64,000 bases of DNA from an uncultured Pseudomonadales bacterium (GCA_964430265.1 CAYSEI010000003.1:65070-129069); one strand, 5' to 3'; positions 26,631-37,660 are shown, numbered from the stretch's first letter. The notes: generated from the sequence alone by a model not told the origin. Made by a program: numbers and translations.

Positions 26631-27806
26631 CTATTTTTCATATATGAAATAAAAAGCAAAAGCTGTTAGTAAAAGTCCTTGCTGTAAAGTGTAAAAATAA
26701 TGATCAAACAAAGATAGTAAAAGCCAGCTTAGCAAATATATTAAAACAAAAGGATTTTTTTCCACTTTTAAAAAGGCTCTTTTAAATGATTTTGTAAGAA
26801 AACAAATAAAAATTATCAGTCCTGTAACTCCCATTTCCGAAGATAACAATAAAAAGAAATTATGTACGGGCTGAAAAAAATTAATATTTGCTGGACGCAA
26901 ATAATTAGGCAGTATAACCAAAAAATTATTTAATCCTGCACCAAATAAAATATTATCCTTTATTATTTGAAAAGAAGCCTTTATAAGAGTTAGGCGTTTA
27001 TAAAAAGAATCTAAAATTGTTTCTGATAAATAATCGTAAAAAGCTATTGCAATTCCCACAAATACAGCTGCAAACACTAAGCCAATCTTTTTGTTTTTAT
27101 TAAATATATAAAAAACCAAAACTAAAAAAGACAAGAAAATTGCCGGCAAAGAAAAAGTTAAAACTAAAGCTGTTTCAATAATAAACAATATAAACCACTG
27201 CCATAATTTTTTAAGTCTTTTAATATTTAAAGCAAGTGTAAAAGCCAAAAAAGCAGCTAAAATGTTGGAGTGGGGAAATGTTCCCATAGAAACTGCTCTT
27301 AAAGCGCCATTGGGAAGAATAATTTTTTTAATATCAGGTGAATTTATTGTGAATGGTTGTTCACCAAAAGGTACATAAGAAAGAACAGAACCGCCTTTTA
27401 AAAACTGTGCGATTGCCAAAAGTGATTGAGCTAAAGCAGAAAAAAATAGTATTTGTACAATTTTTTTTTGCTTAATCTTTTTAGTTCTTAAATAATAAAA
27501 AAGTAGGATAATTTCAGAAAACTTTAGTGCTTTATAAAATGCAATTCCTTTTCTTTGGGCAAATAAAATAAAGAAAAAAGGAAGGATAGTAAACAAAACT
27601 TTTTTTGGGTCTTTAAATATTTTTTTAAAACTGGAAAAATTAAGAATAAAAAGAAAAAAGATTAAGATATCAGTTAAATATATAGTAGGAATTAAATAGT
27701 CCTGATATATTCCCAAAACCAAAGCAGAAGAATTTTTAAAGTGCAAAGCTAAGTTGGAAGGAAGAAAAAAAATAAGTAGGTATAAAACAACAGTTTTAAA
27801 TTTCAT
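26631..27806 (-). CDS. Polytopic membrane protein (O-antigen ligase/Wzy-like polymerase candidate)
   Basis: 391 aa, ~10 predicted TM helices with a larger loop near the C-terminal third; family call from topology only. Confidence 0.3.
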   Translation of the reverse strand: MKFKTVVLYLLIFFLPSNLALHFKNSSALVLGIYQDYLIPTIYLTDILIFFLFILNFSSFKKIFKDPKKVLFTILPFFFILFAQRKGIAFYKALKFSEIILLFYYLRTKKIKQKKIVQILFFSALAQSLLAIAQFLKGGSVLSYVPFGEQPFTINSPDIKKIILPNGALRAVSMGTFPHSNILAAFLAFTLALNIKRLKKLWQWFILFIIETALVLTFSLPAIFLSFLVLVFYIFNKNKKIGLVFAAVFVGIAIAFYDYLSETILDSFYKRLTLIKASFQIIKDNILFGAGLNNFLVILPNYLRPANINFFQPVHNFFLLLSSEMGVTGLIIFICFLTKSFKRAFLKVEKNPFVLIYLLSWLLLSLFDHYFYTLQQGLLLTAFAFYFIYEK

Positions 27807-27901
27807 TAAGTAAAGTTTAACATAAAGAGTAAGTCTGTTGAATTTTAAAATGAATCCTTATAATATTTCTAATATATTATTTAATTTTTAGAAAGGTTTA
27901 A

Positions 27902-28255
27902 ATGGCAGAAACAAATGCAGAAATTAATTTAAAAAAAGAAGTAGCTCAAACTGATGGATCAGAAAATATTCAAATTGAAAACAAGACTTATTCACGAGAA
28001 GAGGTTGCAGAAATGGCAGAAGAAATGTGGGAGAGTCATATTGATTCCCATCCTTCTTTAAAGAAAATTGTTAAGAGAATAGAAGAACTTGACGAAGGGT
28101 CAAAGTTAGCACTTTTACTTCTTAAAAGAGGACATTTTGACCGAGCAATTGTTGAAGGTGCGGGCCCATATGTAACTGTTGCAGCTAATGAGGTTTTGCC
28201 TTCCTTAAACAATAGAATAGATGAATTAATGCAAGTAGGGAGAGAAGATTTATAA
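27902..28255 (+). CDS. Hypothetical protein (117 aa)
   Basis: Clean ORF convergent with the giant gene; no family recognised. Confidence 0.4.
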   Translation: MAETNAEINLKKEVAQTDGSENIQIENKTYSREEVAEMAEEMWESHIDSHPSLKKIVKRIEELDEGSKLALLLLKRGHFDRAIVEGAGPYVTVAANEVLPSLNNRIDELMQVGREDL

Positions 28256-28260
28256 GAGTC

Positions 28261-31200
28261 TTATTTTGTTACCCATTCTGGATGTTCACGTTGCTTGTAT
28301 TTCTCTAACAGGGGTTTAAGTGCTTCAATATCTTTTATTTCTAGGTGAACTCCTTCTTTTAACAAATCCTTAAGTCTTGTTGCTTTGTTTTCAGAAGAAA
28401 AATCTATTTCAAGTCTTTCTGCAGCTTCTTGAAAAGATTGGCACTGGTCAATTTCTTGGTCAAAGCGTAATTGATAACTGTTTTCTGGTAACCCGAGAAA
28501 GAAAAAAGTGCGGTCTAAATATTCTCTTAATTTTTGGCAGGAAGCAGCAAAATCATTTTTTGTATCTACGGGATTGTTTTCTTCTTTATGTCCATAGAGA
28601 TACAGAAGTCTTAGATAGTACCTAATGTAAGTTTCAAAATGCATCTGCATATTTTCTTTTGTGAGTTCAGCATTAGGTGGTAGGGGTTGTTTTAGAATAC
28701 TGTCAATTCCTTTGTCTGAAATTCTTTCTCGATCTTCAAATTGTAAATATGAATAATGCATTGGTAAACCTTCCCAAATAGCGGCTAGATTTCTTCTAGG
28801 ATCATCAAGTGCCATCAAATATCTACCTCTTCTCCATAGATCTTTTGGCTTTAGTTTTTTTTCTGATGCTTTTTTTCTAATGCTTTTTCTTAATCTCTTG
28901 TTAAGATCAATCTCTTCTGCTAATCTGTAATCTGGATTGAATCCTCCTGCCTCAGAATATAATGAACTACGATAAACGCCACAACCTAATAAACTTTTTC
29001 TTTGTGTGTATTGAAGATTCATGATCTCTCTAAATCTTTCCACAACGTGTAAGAGAGGTATATGTTCGTATATTTCTGGAGAAAAATCTGCTCGAAAATT
29101 ATATTGTTCTATTTGTGGAGATTGTTCGGAAAGCTTTAGTACACGATTGATATATTCAGGGTTTCTTGCAAAAGCATCTGCGCCTCCAGTTTTCATGAGT
29201 AGATTTGCCTTTTCCTCTGAATTTTTTCTTTTTGAATTTCTGAGAACAACAAGGTCTGCGGGAAGGGTGTATACTAATCCCATTCTAACGCCACCTTTGA
29301 CTGTTACTGTTTTATCTCCAAATTTAACTTCTTCGGCTTTTCCTGAAGGAGGAAAATTAAAAGTCTTTTTTATTGTATGAATATTATATCTTTGATAATC
29401 AGGGTGTTCTTTTAATTCTTGGATTTTTTCATACGTTTCATCAAATTCAACATCTTTATTTGGTCTGTTGATCAATACGATTATTTCAAAAAGATCTGGA
29501 TCTAAGGGTTCTCCATTTTCAGTAAATTGTTCAACCCAGTCTTTTAAAGTGTCTTGAATATTTTGTTCCTCTAGATAAGCAGGGATTACAATTGAGAAAC
29601 GACACTCTTCCTTCATTGGTGGAAGCTGAGAATTTATTTGTTTAAGCTCGGCAAAAAAACTTCTTTCTCCGCCATTTAATCTATATAAAGTTTTTAGTAC
29701 TCTTGGATTTGAACTTTCTAATGTCCATCTTTCTTTAAGCCTGTTTAAGTAATTGTCTTGTGCCTGAAGCCTTTCTTTAATAAGTTTTTCTGGAGTTTGA
29801 TGGGAGGATTCTCTTTTATCTAATCGTTCTTGTTTTTTTTTACCAGTTTTGTCAGTATTTTCAAAGCAAACAGCAGAAACATTATCGCCTGAATAAATAC
29901 CAGATTCTTTATTTGTTAGTGTGTTGACTATTTGTTCTGGTGTTTCCATTTCTGAAATATGTTGTTCTAAATGTTTAGCATATATTTCTCTTGTTATTTC
30001 TCTTCTTGCTTCAGGAGTTAATTTTCTCCATTCTTGACTTATGTTTCTTTCGTTTAATATTTGTCTATAAATTTCTTCTAAGGTTCTTGCTGCTTTTTCT
30101 TTGGGTTCTATTCCTTCCCAGACCCCATCGCAACACAATAAGACCCTCTCTCCTTTTTTAATTTCAATTGAAAATGTAGAAATTTTATTTTCGTCTAATT
30201 TTCTCCCTTTTTCTATTGCAGCTAGAATTCCGCTTCTTTGTGGGTGTGTAATCATTTCGGTAGGAGTAATAACTCCTTGAATTGTCTGTTTCCATACCAA
30301 GCTATCATCATCAGTTAATAATTCAACTTTTCCGTCCTTTCCTATTTTATATCCACGAGTGTCTCCTATATTTGCCCCAACAACGTTATTTCCTTGCTGT
30401 AATGAAATGGTTATTGTTGATCCGCTTCCATGTGGGACTGCAGAAAGATTATTAGTGATACTATCTGCTTTAATCAAAGCTTGTTTAAGGAGGTCTTCAT
30501 TAATTGAATATCCTTTTTCCACTTTGCTAACTAAATTTTGGACAGTAGCAAGTACAATTGCTGAAGAATGAATTTCTCCTCCATGGTAACCACCCATTCC
30601 GTCTGCAACTATGCTGATATTATCAATCTTACCTTCTTTTTTAAGCTTATTATATTTTCCCTCCAGTTCTTTAGCATTAATTTGCAGTTGATCTTCAAGA
30701 GTTTTTATATCTTCAGCATTTAAAATAAAGTTTCCGTCGACAAATATTCCATCTTCATCAGTACTCCTTCCTCCTTTTTCAGTTTTTCCGGCAGTTGTTT
30801 CTGTATAAACAGCATTTTCTTCGATTCGTACTTCTGTTTCAAAGCTAACAGTTGATGGGAGATTCTCCTTTGGCTGTATTCTTAGTTTATCTTGAATTTG
30901 TTTTATTTGCTCAACAATTGGTGTCTCTGATAAGCTTACTTTTGTTTTTCTCGCTATTTCTTTAATCCTTTTTTTTGGAGAAAGTCTTCTTAATTCTTGC
31001 TTTTCTGCTTCAGAGATCTCTAATGAATTATATAGTTCTTCATAAGTTGGAATATTTTTGATTGCTTCATACTCTGGATATTCAAATTTTTTTGATTTTA
31101 TCTCGTGTTCTGGATAACTTGTTTTTGAAACAACAAATTCCTGATATTCAGGGTATTCTTGATAATAGTCAGGATATTCTTCTGCGTACTCGTCTTCATA

Positions 31201-34200
31201 AATTGGAGAGACTAAGCTAGGAGAATGTTGTTCTTTTTCTCCCATTTCCAATGCTCTTCTGCCAGGGCGGAAAATGCTTGGCGGCCATGCTGTTATTTCC
31301 TGTATTTTCTGCGGCAATGCAAAAGATATGCTTTTAAGTTGTTCTTCAACAATTTTGGTTACAGGTCTGACCAAATCAATTGCTGCTTTTGGCACTTCTA
31401 TAATATTAGGGACTGTTTCTTCTGTTACGATTTCTCCTACACTGTCAGTGCCTTTGTATGTTGCAACCGGCATAATATCCGTAACTCCTTCTGCTGCGTC
31501 TTTGATCTGGGCAATTTCTACATAAGCGCCCAAAAATTTGCCGTCTTCAAATAGCTGTGCAACCGGGCTTTCCGCAGGAATACGTGCAACTCCGCTGGCA
31601 TTAAATTCAAAGACAAAAGTGCGGGAAGTATCGGCACTGGATGGTGTTATTATTAATTTTGCTGCATTTTGTTTTACAAACTGACCAACATTTAAACTAG
31701 TTCCCGGTAGTTGTGTTGAAGTGGCGTCTCCAAGATCTCTAAATGACTGAATGACATTACCAGCTTCGTCAACTTTGGGAATTGCCAATCCCAGCTCTGA
31801 ATATTCATAAGGGCCGTCCGGGGTCATATTGTCCCACCAACCCCTTCTTATTACACTTTTAACACCCTTGGCATTATGTATCCATTCACTTATTTTTTTG
31901 GTTACCCTAGTTGTTGTTTCGCCGTCTTGAATATATCTTTTTCTGCTTGAGAAGTCGAGTAAACCCGATTTCTGAACCTGCTGGCGGATTACAGCTTGAT
32001 TAACTATTTCTCCATCAGAATTAAGCTGGATGTTTTTTAATAAAGGAATGTCTTCATTATTAGTTAACAAAGAATAAGTATCTTTTCCAGTTGCTTGTAA
32101 GTGTGTTCCTTCCGGAATTTCCAAAGATGCTTGTTCGTGGCCAATTCTTAATCTTTCAAGAGCATCATAAGCTTTTTCAGTTGGCTCTTGGATTACTTCG
32201 GGTCTGCTGATTGTAGCAACACTTGTTCTTAAAGTACTGACGCCGTGATCTTCCAAAGTATTTTTAATTGCATCAATATCTTGGCTGATATTAGTTATTT
32301 TTTCTCCGTTGGGCAGAGTGATGTCAACTGTGTCTGTTGCTTCGTTAATTTCAAAGCTTGAACCTTCGGGCAGAAAAGCTTTTTCTCCATCATCAAGCGC
32401 CATTGCAACAGTTGGTCCCAATTCCGGGGGAGGGGCAGCTTCTTTAAGGATTCCGAGTTTTTGCAGACCTTTTTCAATTAAAGGGACAGTCTCAAGTTCA
32501 TGTCCAAGAACTTTTTCCCTAAACAAGTGGACGCCTTCCTGGGCCAAAGCGCTGATTACAAATCCTTGAGCGGCGCGGCTCACTGCTCTTAGTCCGGAAC
32601 GTTTAACCCGCCACCTGTTAAATGATTTGTTAATTTCCTTTATTCCCTGAATTTCTGCTGTATCAACGTCATTGCTGACTCCGTCCAAAAGCTTATTTCG
32701 GTGGTAATCGGTTAAATCAGCTATTAAATTATCCGGTTCAATAGTTATTTCATCGTGTTCTTTACTGTATTGCTGCAGTCTGACTTCTGCTTCGGCCAGA
32801 TTGGAAACCAAATCTGATTTTTTACCTTCACTTTGCTCCAGCCCAACAATTAAAGTGTCAATTTCATGTTCATTATTTAAAGAAATTCTAGCTTTTGCCT
32901 CGGCAATAATGGCGCTTGCATTAATAACATCTTGTTCAGTCAGTCTGTCTTTTTGCAAAACTGCATCTAAGGGCTGTAAGATTTCTGAATCAATTTCTTT
33001 CGTGTTGTACAAAAAGCGGGTGAATTCCTGCGTTGGAGTTTTTTCAGGTATTTCCCTTTCCTGAGCAGACCAGCGTGAAACCGCTGTTCTTTCCACTTTT
33101 AGTCTGCCCATTTCATGGAAAAAGCCTCTTATTCCGCCGACAGCGGTAGTAAATACGGGCATTGTTCCAGCAGAAACTAGGCTTGCAAGTTCCTGGTTAC
33201 CGGTCAGTCTTAAGGTAAGGCCGGCAAAACGGGCCGGCAATTTTGCTGCTGAGGTAACCCCAGCTGCAATCGCAGACAAAGTTGTTTCGTGTAGTCCGAC
33301 GTTAATAGTTTTACCCAGGATACTTAATTCTGGTTTATTTTTAATAATTTTTTCCACTGCTTGCTCGGTAATATTTCTTTCTTGTTTTGTTCTAGCGCCA
33401 AAATGTGCTGTTCCTAAAGCAACTTGTAGTTCAGTTTCAGACAATTCTCCTAAGCATTGTTCAAGAGTCTCTTGAAGATCTCCTTCAATTCGGGCGCGTC
33501 CGGCTTGGTGGTGCAGCCAGGTTTTCATTTCATTGGCTGTTTCCAAAAGGGTGTCTCCGTAAAAAAGGGAGGAGGGAAGTAATTCAGGTTTTTTCTTAGC
33601 AATTTCCCGGGCATAATCATGGACTTTGCTGATAAAGCCTTCTTCTGTCATACCTTGTGTAGGAATCTCAAACCCTTCAATTGTTTGCGCATCGGGCATT
33701 AATCCTGATGCCGCATATTCAATTGCCAAGTTTCTTAGACTATCAACAATCCCTTTATGAAACGTATCAGCTTCAGGATTTAGAAGAACAACTCTTTCTC
33801 CGCTGGAAGTGATGAGTTCTTTTTTCTTAGCAAATATATCTTCCGCCTCAGGCAGGAAACGCTGTGCCATTTCTGTCATTGCTTTTCTGTGGGCTTCCAT
33901 CCCGGCCTGACCAGCAAAAATGTTTTCTTCTTGCTCAATTCTTTTTTGTGCGTCTGCAGTTGCCCTAAAGTCAAAATATTCTTTGGCCAAATCATGCTTC
34001 CAGACTCGAACCGCAAATTCCTTTGCCCGCTTAAAAAATCCAGCTTCTTTGTATGCTTCAACAGCGCCAGTAAAAACACTGCCCATTTTATTTAGGAATC
34101 CTGAGGAATTTTTAAAATGTTTTCTTACATAAGAAAGTACACCTTTCTGACTACCGACGGTTTCAGTTCTTTCAAGCATCCCCATATCTCTTGCCATTTC

Positions 34201-37164
34201 AACTTCTGCCCGTGGAGCAGCTGCAAGAGCTGCTCTAAATACTTCACTCAATTCCGGCTCCGGTTCTTTCCCAGAAACTGTTATGTCTTCAGAATCATCA
34301 TATTCTTCAGTGTGAGTATTTTCTTCATATTCAGTATCTTCGTATTCAACGTCGGGATATTCTGTTTGGGAAGTAGGAGTTTCTGTAGAAGTTTCTAGAT
34401 CAGAGGCTTCAGCTTTTTCCTCAATTTCAAGATCATCTTTAGGTATGCCTATTTGTTCATAAACTGTAACTTTTTCTTGGTCAGGCAATGATTCCAAAGT
34501 GTCTTTGTTTTGAATAAATTTTCTTTCCGGAATTGTTTTTGATTTTAGAATATCAGGTCTTTCCGGAGAAGTAGGCTTATCCGGAAATTCGGGAACGTCG
34601 ACTGCTCGGCGTCTTTCAAAAAGAGTGAGACCTTTTAAAACGTGTTCGGAAATGTCACTCATCCGCAATTCTCTTGGAGATCCGTCTTTTCCCTCGCCGA
34701 CCTTCCGTGTCCAGCGAGTTCTTAATTTATCTCCTTGTTTTGTAAAGCTTCTGCCTTGCTGTTTTTCTTCTTCAGTAAAATATTCGTCCATAAACTGTTC
34801 AAAGCTTAATGATCGAAGCCGGTTAAACTCTTCCCAAGCTTGATTTAATTCGGGGTTTTCTTCTGTGTTAAAAGGATTGTTTTCTGTATCAGCATTTTGT
34901 ATGACGGTTTTTAATTTTTCTTTTACTTGTTCAGTTGTTAATTCACCGGTTTGTAAAATTGGGGTAAGTTTTTGGGAAACAATTTGTAAGGTCTGTAAAT
35001 CCATAAAAGGTGTTTCGGAAAATCCTTTTCTTTCTTCTGATAGTGCTTGCATTTCTCCGGTTATATTCTCCAAGCTCCAGTCAATTTGGCTGGCCAGGCT
35101 TTGCCTCTCTCCACTTTTCTGTATTTTGGTTCGTTGTTCTTTTACATTCCCAGTTTGCTGTTCAAAAGCTTGTATTTTTTGTTGGTATTCTTCCAACTGG
35201 TGTTGGTATTCTTGTTGAGCATTTTGGTAGCGGACAACATCTACTGCCATGGACCCAATAACACTGCGCACATTATTTCTGTCCAAACCGCTCAATACTT
35301 TTAAGGCGGTAGAAGTGCGTACACTTGGATCGGAGAAATATCCAGAGCGGTCGGCAATTTCTTGAATTTGGCTGAGTAGTTTTTCTACTGAAGTTTCCGA
35401 GTTTTCTTGTTTTAGCTCCTTTAAAATATTTCTGATTGTTTCAACAGCTTTTTGTGACCCTGGTTTGTTTAAAAACTCATCAATGTCTAATTCTTCTCCG
35501 GTTTCAACAACTAAGGGAAACTTAATGTCTTCAATCGTTTCTATTTCCGGTGCTTTAACAGCAACTTCTGCGGTTTCTTCACCTTTGTCTGCAATTTCTG
35601 TTTCTGCTTCCGGTTCTTTATCCGGCTGGTATTCTTCCTCGTAGTCTCCGTGCAATGCATGTTCAGAAGCATCACCCCTTCTGGCATGTTCTGTTTGGAT
35701 ATTTTCATGATCATCCAGTGATTCGGTTTTTTCTGGCTTTTTTAAGGAGAGATTTTCTTTATCAACCAGTATTTTGTCGCCTTCCTGCGGAACTAGGCTG
35801 ATTCTTTTAACAACTTCCCAGTTATAAAAGTCTCCGGGCCTTGTTTGTGTGTGGGCTGGTCCGGATCCGGAATCTGTAATGACTGCAATTTGTTGCAGAT
35901 CCAAGTCTTTTAAATATTCATTGTTTGTATTCAGGGATATTTTTTCCAGTTTTTTACCATTAGGAAGTTCAATAGGCTCATTTAAATAGAGTGTGGTGCC
36001 TTGCTGATCTTCTTGTTCAACTGCTTCTGGGTTGGCTACTTTAATTTTTACAATTTCATCTTTTTGTTTTTCTGTTTCTGTTGGCAGTGGTTCTTCTGAG
36101 ATTTCTTCTCCCGGCACTCCATTTGGATATACGGTTTCAAAAAGGCCGGGAAAATATTGGTCGACCACTTCTCTTGGTAGTCCTTCGGCATAGTCTAAAA
36201 AGTCTTTTTGGTATTCTGCAAGTTCTTGGGCAAGCTTGGGATATTTTTTAATAGCTTCTGGACTAGTAAGCGTTTTCTGTTCAGTAATTGCTTGTTTGTT
36301 TCTCCAGTCAAGAAGACCCTTTTCCATTAATTCTTTTACGCTTGTACTGGGAAAATCAAACTTTTGTGTCTGATCAGTTGCAATTGCTGCCTCACCAACA
36401 CCTTTGTTTTTTAATTCAATTGAAAGATTATTAATTGCTTCTTGAACTTCGCTTAGATATGAATCCAAGCTTTCTTTATTTTCTTGATAATATGAATTTC
36501 TTTGCTCTACGGACATAATTTCTTGCTCTTTTTGCCCGGTTTCTTCTGTTGAAGCCTGGGGTTGTTCTTCCTGGTTTAAAACGCGTCCGCTTTCATCAAA
36601 GTCTTGTTGAGGTTGTACTTCTTGTTCAGTTTTAATATCGCCGTATTCGTCAATTTCTGGTTTCTTTTGGGTTTGCATATTGGGTTCTTGTTCAGGTTCA
36701 TCTTGTTTTTTTGACTCTTTTAAAATTGATGTTGGTGCTTTTTTATGAATTTCTCTGATTTGTGCCATAATTCTGTAAGAAGACTTGTTCAATCGTTTGA
36801 TTGTCTCCCCACTTATCCCCGGTTTTTTTACTGCTTCAATTAACTGTTGACTTTTTTCATTTAATTGTTGCAAGGTTTGTTTTAAAGCCTCTTTGCCTCC
36901 TGGATAGTTTTGAACCCACTCAGCTTTTTTTTCCGGAGTCCATTCCTTTTGTTCTTGGATGTCAGGACCTGAAGTGGTTTCGGTTGTTTCTTTTTGTTTT
37001 GGTTGGGCTGTTTCAATTTCCGGAGTGCTTTCCGCGGCAGGTTTTTCTTGGACAGGGACTTCTGCATCCGGAGTTTCTACAGAGCCGGGCTCTTCTACTG
37101 AAGCGGGTGATTCTTTTGGTACATCGGGATTAATATTAGCTTCTGGATTCTTGGTTTCCGGCAT
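28261..37164 (-). CDS. Giant (2967 aa) multidomain protein with PP2C-type Ser/Thr phosphatase domain and C-terminal GT-A (family 2-like) glycosyltransferase domain
   Basis: Uninterrupted 8.9-kb ORF; PP2C motifs ISIVADGMGGYHGGE (about nt 30600) and LLCCDGVWEGIEP (about nt 30120); GT-A signature RFSIVIPAYLEEQNIQDTL…IIVLINRPN (about nt 29520-29600); acidic, repeat-poor N-terminal 1800 aa. Confidence 0.75.
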   Translation of the reverse strand: MPETKNPEANINPDVPKESPASVEEPGSVETPDAEVPVQEKPAAESTPEIETAQPKQKETTETTSGPDIQEQKEWTPEKKAEWVQNYPGGKEALKQTLQQLNEKSQQLIEAVKKPGISGETIKRLNKSSYRIMAQIREIHKKAPTSILKESKKQDEPEQEPNMQTQKKPEIDEYGDIKTEQEVQPQQDFDESGRVLNQEEQPQASTEETGQKEQEIMSVEQRNSYYQENKESLDSYLSEVQEAINNLSIELKNKGVGEAAIATDQTQKFDFPSTSVKELMEKGLLDWRNKQAITEQKTLTSPEAIKKYPKLAQELAEYQKDFLDYAEGLPREVVDQYFPGLFETVYPNGVPGEEISEEPLPTETEKQKDEIVKIKVANPEAVEQEDQQGTTLYLNEPIELPNGKKLEKISLNTNNEYLKDLDLQQIAVITDSGSGPAHTQTRPGDFYNWEVVKRISLVPQEGDKILVDKENLSLKKPEKTESLDDHENIQTEHARRGDASEHALHGDYEEEYQPDKEPEAETEIADKGEETAEVAVKAPEIETIEDIKFPLVVETGEELDIDEFLNKPGSQKAVETIRNILKELKQENSETSVEKLLSQIQEIADRSGYFSDPSVRTSTALKVLSGLDRNNVRSVIGSMAVDVVRYQNAQQEYQHQLEEYQQKIQAFEQQTGNVKEQRTKIQKSGERQSLASQIDWSLENITGEMQALSEERKGFSETPFMDLQTLQIVSQKLTPILQTGELTTEQVKEKLKTVIQNADTENNPFNTEENPELNQAWEEFNRLRSLSFEQFMDEYFTEEEKQQGRSFTKQGDKLRTRWTRKVGEGKDGSPRELRMSDISEHVLKGLTLFERRRAVDVPEFPDKPTSPERPDILKSKTIPERKFIQNKDTLESLPDQEKVTVYEQIGIPKDDLEIEEKAEASDLETSTETPTSQTEYPDVEYEDTEYEENTHTEEYDDSEDITVSGKEPEPELSEVFRAALAAAPRAEVEMARDMGMLERTETVGSQKGVLSYVRKHFKNSSGFLNKMGSVFTGAVEAYKEAGFFKRAKEFAVRVWKHDLAKEYFDFRATADAQKRIEQEENIFAGQAGMEAHRKAMTEMAQRFLPEAEDIFAKKKELITSSGERVVLLNPEADTFHKGIVDSLRNLAIEYAASGLMPDAQTIEGFEIPTQGMTEEGFISKVHDYAREIAKKKPELLPSSLFYGDTLLETANEMKTWLHHQAGRARIEGDLQETLEQCLGELSETELQVALGTAHFGARTKQERNITEQAVEKIIKNKPELSILGKTINVGLHETTLSAIAAGVTSAAKLPARFAGLTLRLTGNQELASLVSAGTMPVFTTAVGGIRGFFHEMGRLKVERTAVSRWSAQEREIPEKTPTQEFTRFLYNTKEIDSEILQPLDAVLQKDRLTEQDVINASAIIAEAKARISLNNEHEIDTLIVGLEQSEGKKSDLVSNLAEAEVRLQQYSKEHDEITIEPDNLIADLTDYHRNKLLDGVSNDVDTAEIQGIKEINKSFNRWRVKRSGLRAVSRAAQGFVISALAQEGVHLFREKVLGHELETVPLIEKGLQKLGILKEAAPPPELGPTVAMALDDGEKAFLPEGSSFEINEATDTVDITLPNGEKITNISQDIDAIKNTLEDHGVSTLRTSVATISRPEVIQEPTEKAYDALERLRIGHEQASLEIPEGTHLQATGKDTYSLLTNNEDIPLLKNIQLNSDGEIVNQAVIRQQVQKSGLLDFSSRKRYIQDGETTTRVTKKISEWIHNAKGVKSVIRRGWWDNMTPDGPYEYSELGLAIPKVDEAGNVIQSFRDLGDATSTQLPGTSLNVGQFVKQNAAKLIITPSSADTSRTFVFEFNASGVARIPAESPVAQLFEDGKFLGAYVEIAQIKDAAEGVTDIMPVATYKGTDSVGEIVTEETVPNIIEVPKAAIDLVRPVTKIVEEQLKSISFALPQKIQEITAWPPSIFRPGRRALEMGEKEQHSPSLVSPIYEDEYAEEYPDYYQEYPEYQEFVVSKTSYPEHEIKSKKFEYPEYEAIKNIPTYEELYNSLEISEAEKQELRRLSPKKRIKEIARKTKVSLSETPIVEQIKQIQDKLRIQPKENLPSTVSFETEVRIEENAVYTETTAGKTEKGGRSTDEDGIFVDGNFILNAEDIKTLEDQLQINAKELEGKYNKLKKEGKIDNISIVADGMGGYHGGEIHSSAIVLATVQNLVSKVEKGYSINEDLLKQALIKADSITNNLSAVPHGSGSTITISLQQGNNVVGANIGDTRGYKIGKDGKVELLTDDDSLVWKQTIQGVITPTEMITHPQRSGILAAIEKGRKLDENKISTFSIEIKKGERVLLCCDGVWEGIEPKEKAARTLEEIYRQILNERNISQEWRKLTPEARREITREIYAKHLEQHISEMETPEQIVNTLTNKESGIYSGDNVSAVCFENTDKTGKKKQERLDKRESSHQTPEKLIKERLQAQDNYLNRLKERWTLESSNPRVLKTLYRLNGGERSFFAELKQINSQLPPMKEECRFSIVIPAYLEEQNIQDTLKDWVEQFTENGEPLDPDLFEIIVLINRPNKDVEFDETYEKIQELKEHPDYQRYNIHTIKKTFNFPPSGKAEEVKFGDKTVTVKGGVRMGLVYTLPADLVVLRNSKRKNSEEKANLLMKTGGADAFARNPEYINRVLKLSEQSPQIEQYNFRADFSPEIYEHIPLLHVVERFREIMNLQYTQRKSLLGCGVYRSSLYSEAGGFNPDYRLAEEIDLNKRLRKSIRKKASEKKLKPKDLWRRGRYLMALDDPRRNLAAIWEGLPMHYSYLQFEDRERISDKGIDSILKQPLPPNAELTKENMQMHFETYIRYYLRLLYLYGHKEENNPVDTKNDFAASCQKLREYLDRTFFFLGLPENSYQLRFDQEIDQCQSFQEAAERLEIDFSSENKATRLKDLLKEGVHLEIKDIEALKPLLEKYKQREHPEWVTK

Positions 37165-37517
37165 TATATTTTCCCTAGATATTTTTTACGGAAATTGGAA
37201 AGGACGTCAATTAAAAAACTATCAATATCCGGTATCTTTTCTTTGATAAAGTCCTGGGTCTCTTTTTCAGTGGCATTGTTTTCCACCATTTGGACAAATT
37301 CTTTTCTATCTTCTTCCTCCATTTTAGCCAGTATTTTGGCATTAATGGTTCTTTGCAGCAAGTCTTGAAGATCAGCTTTTATTTTTTCAATTACCTGGGG
37401 GTCCATTTTGGCGGGATATTTTTTTTCTTTAACTAGTTGGTCAATAAAAGTTTCAAGGGAAGTATCAGCTTTGCTTTCTTCCGGGGGAGAATTTGTTTGG
37501 TCACTTTGGGCAGGCAT
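37164..37517 (-). CDS. Small helical hypothetical protein (117 aa), co-operonic with the giant gene
   Basis: Stop overlaps the start region of the giant ORF; charged helical sequence. Confidence 0.45.
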   Translation of the reverse strand: MPAQSDQTNSPPEESKADTSLETFIDQLVKEKKYPAKMDPQVIEKIKADLQDLLQRTINAKILAKMEEEDRKEFVQMVENNATEKETQDFIKEKIPDIDSFLIDVLSNFRKKYLGKI

Positions 37518-37660
37518 AATCGGCTCCTTTAATAATCATAATATTGATTAAAGTTACTATATCATGAAAAAAATCTCTGGTTCAACTGCTAATAATTGAA
37601 AGTTAACATGAGATATACTATTCTAAGATTAGTTAATAATTAAGTTAAAAGGATTTTAAA

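Noticed and set aside
28377-37246. Numerous 60-120-aa plus-strand ORFs inside the giant gene region
   Set aside because: They are antisense frames within a continuous 8.9-kb minus-strand ORF that has strong domain evidence, with the composition typical of shadow ORFs.
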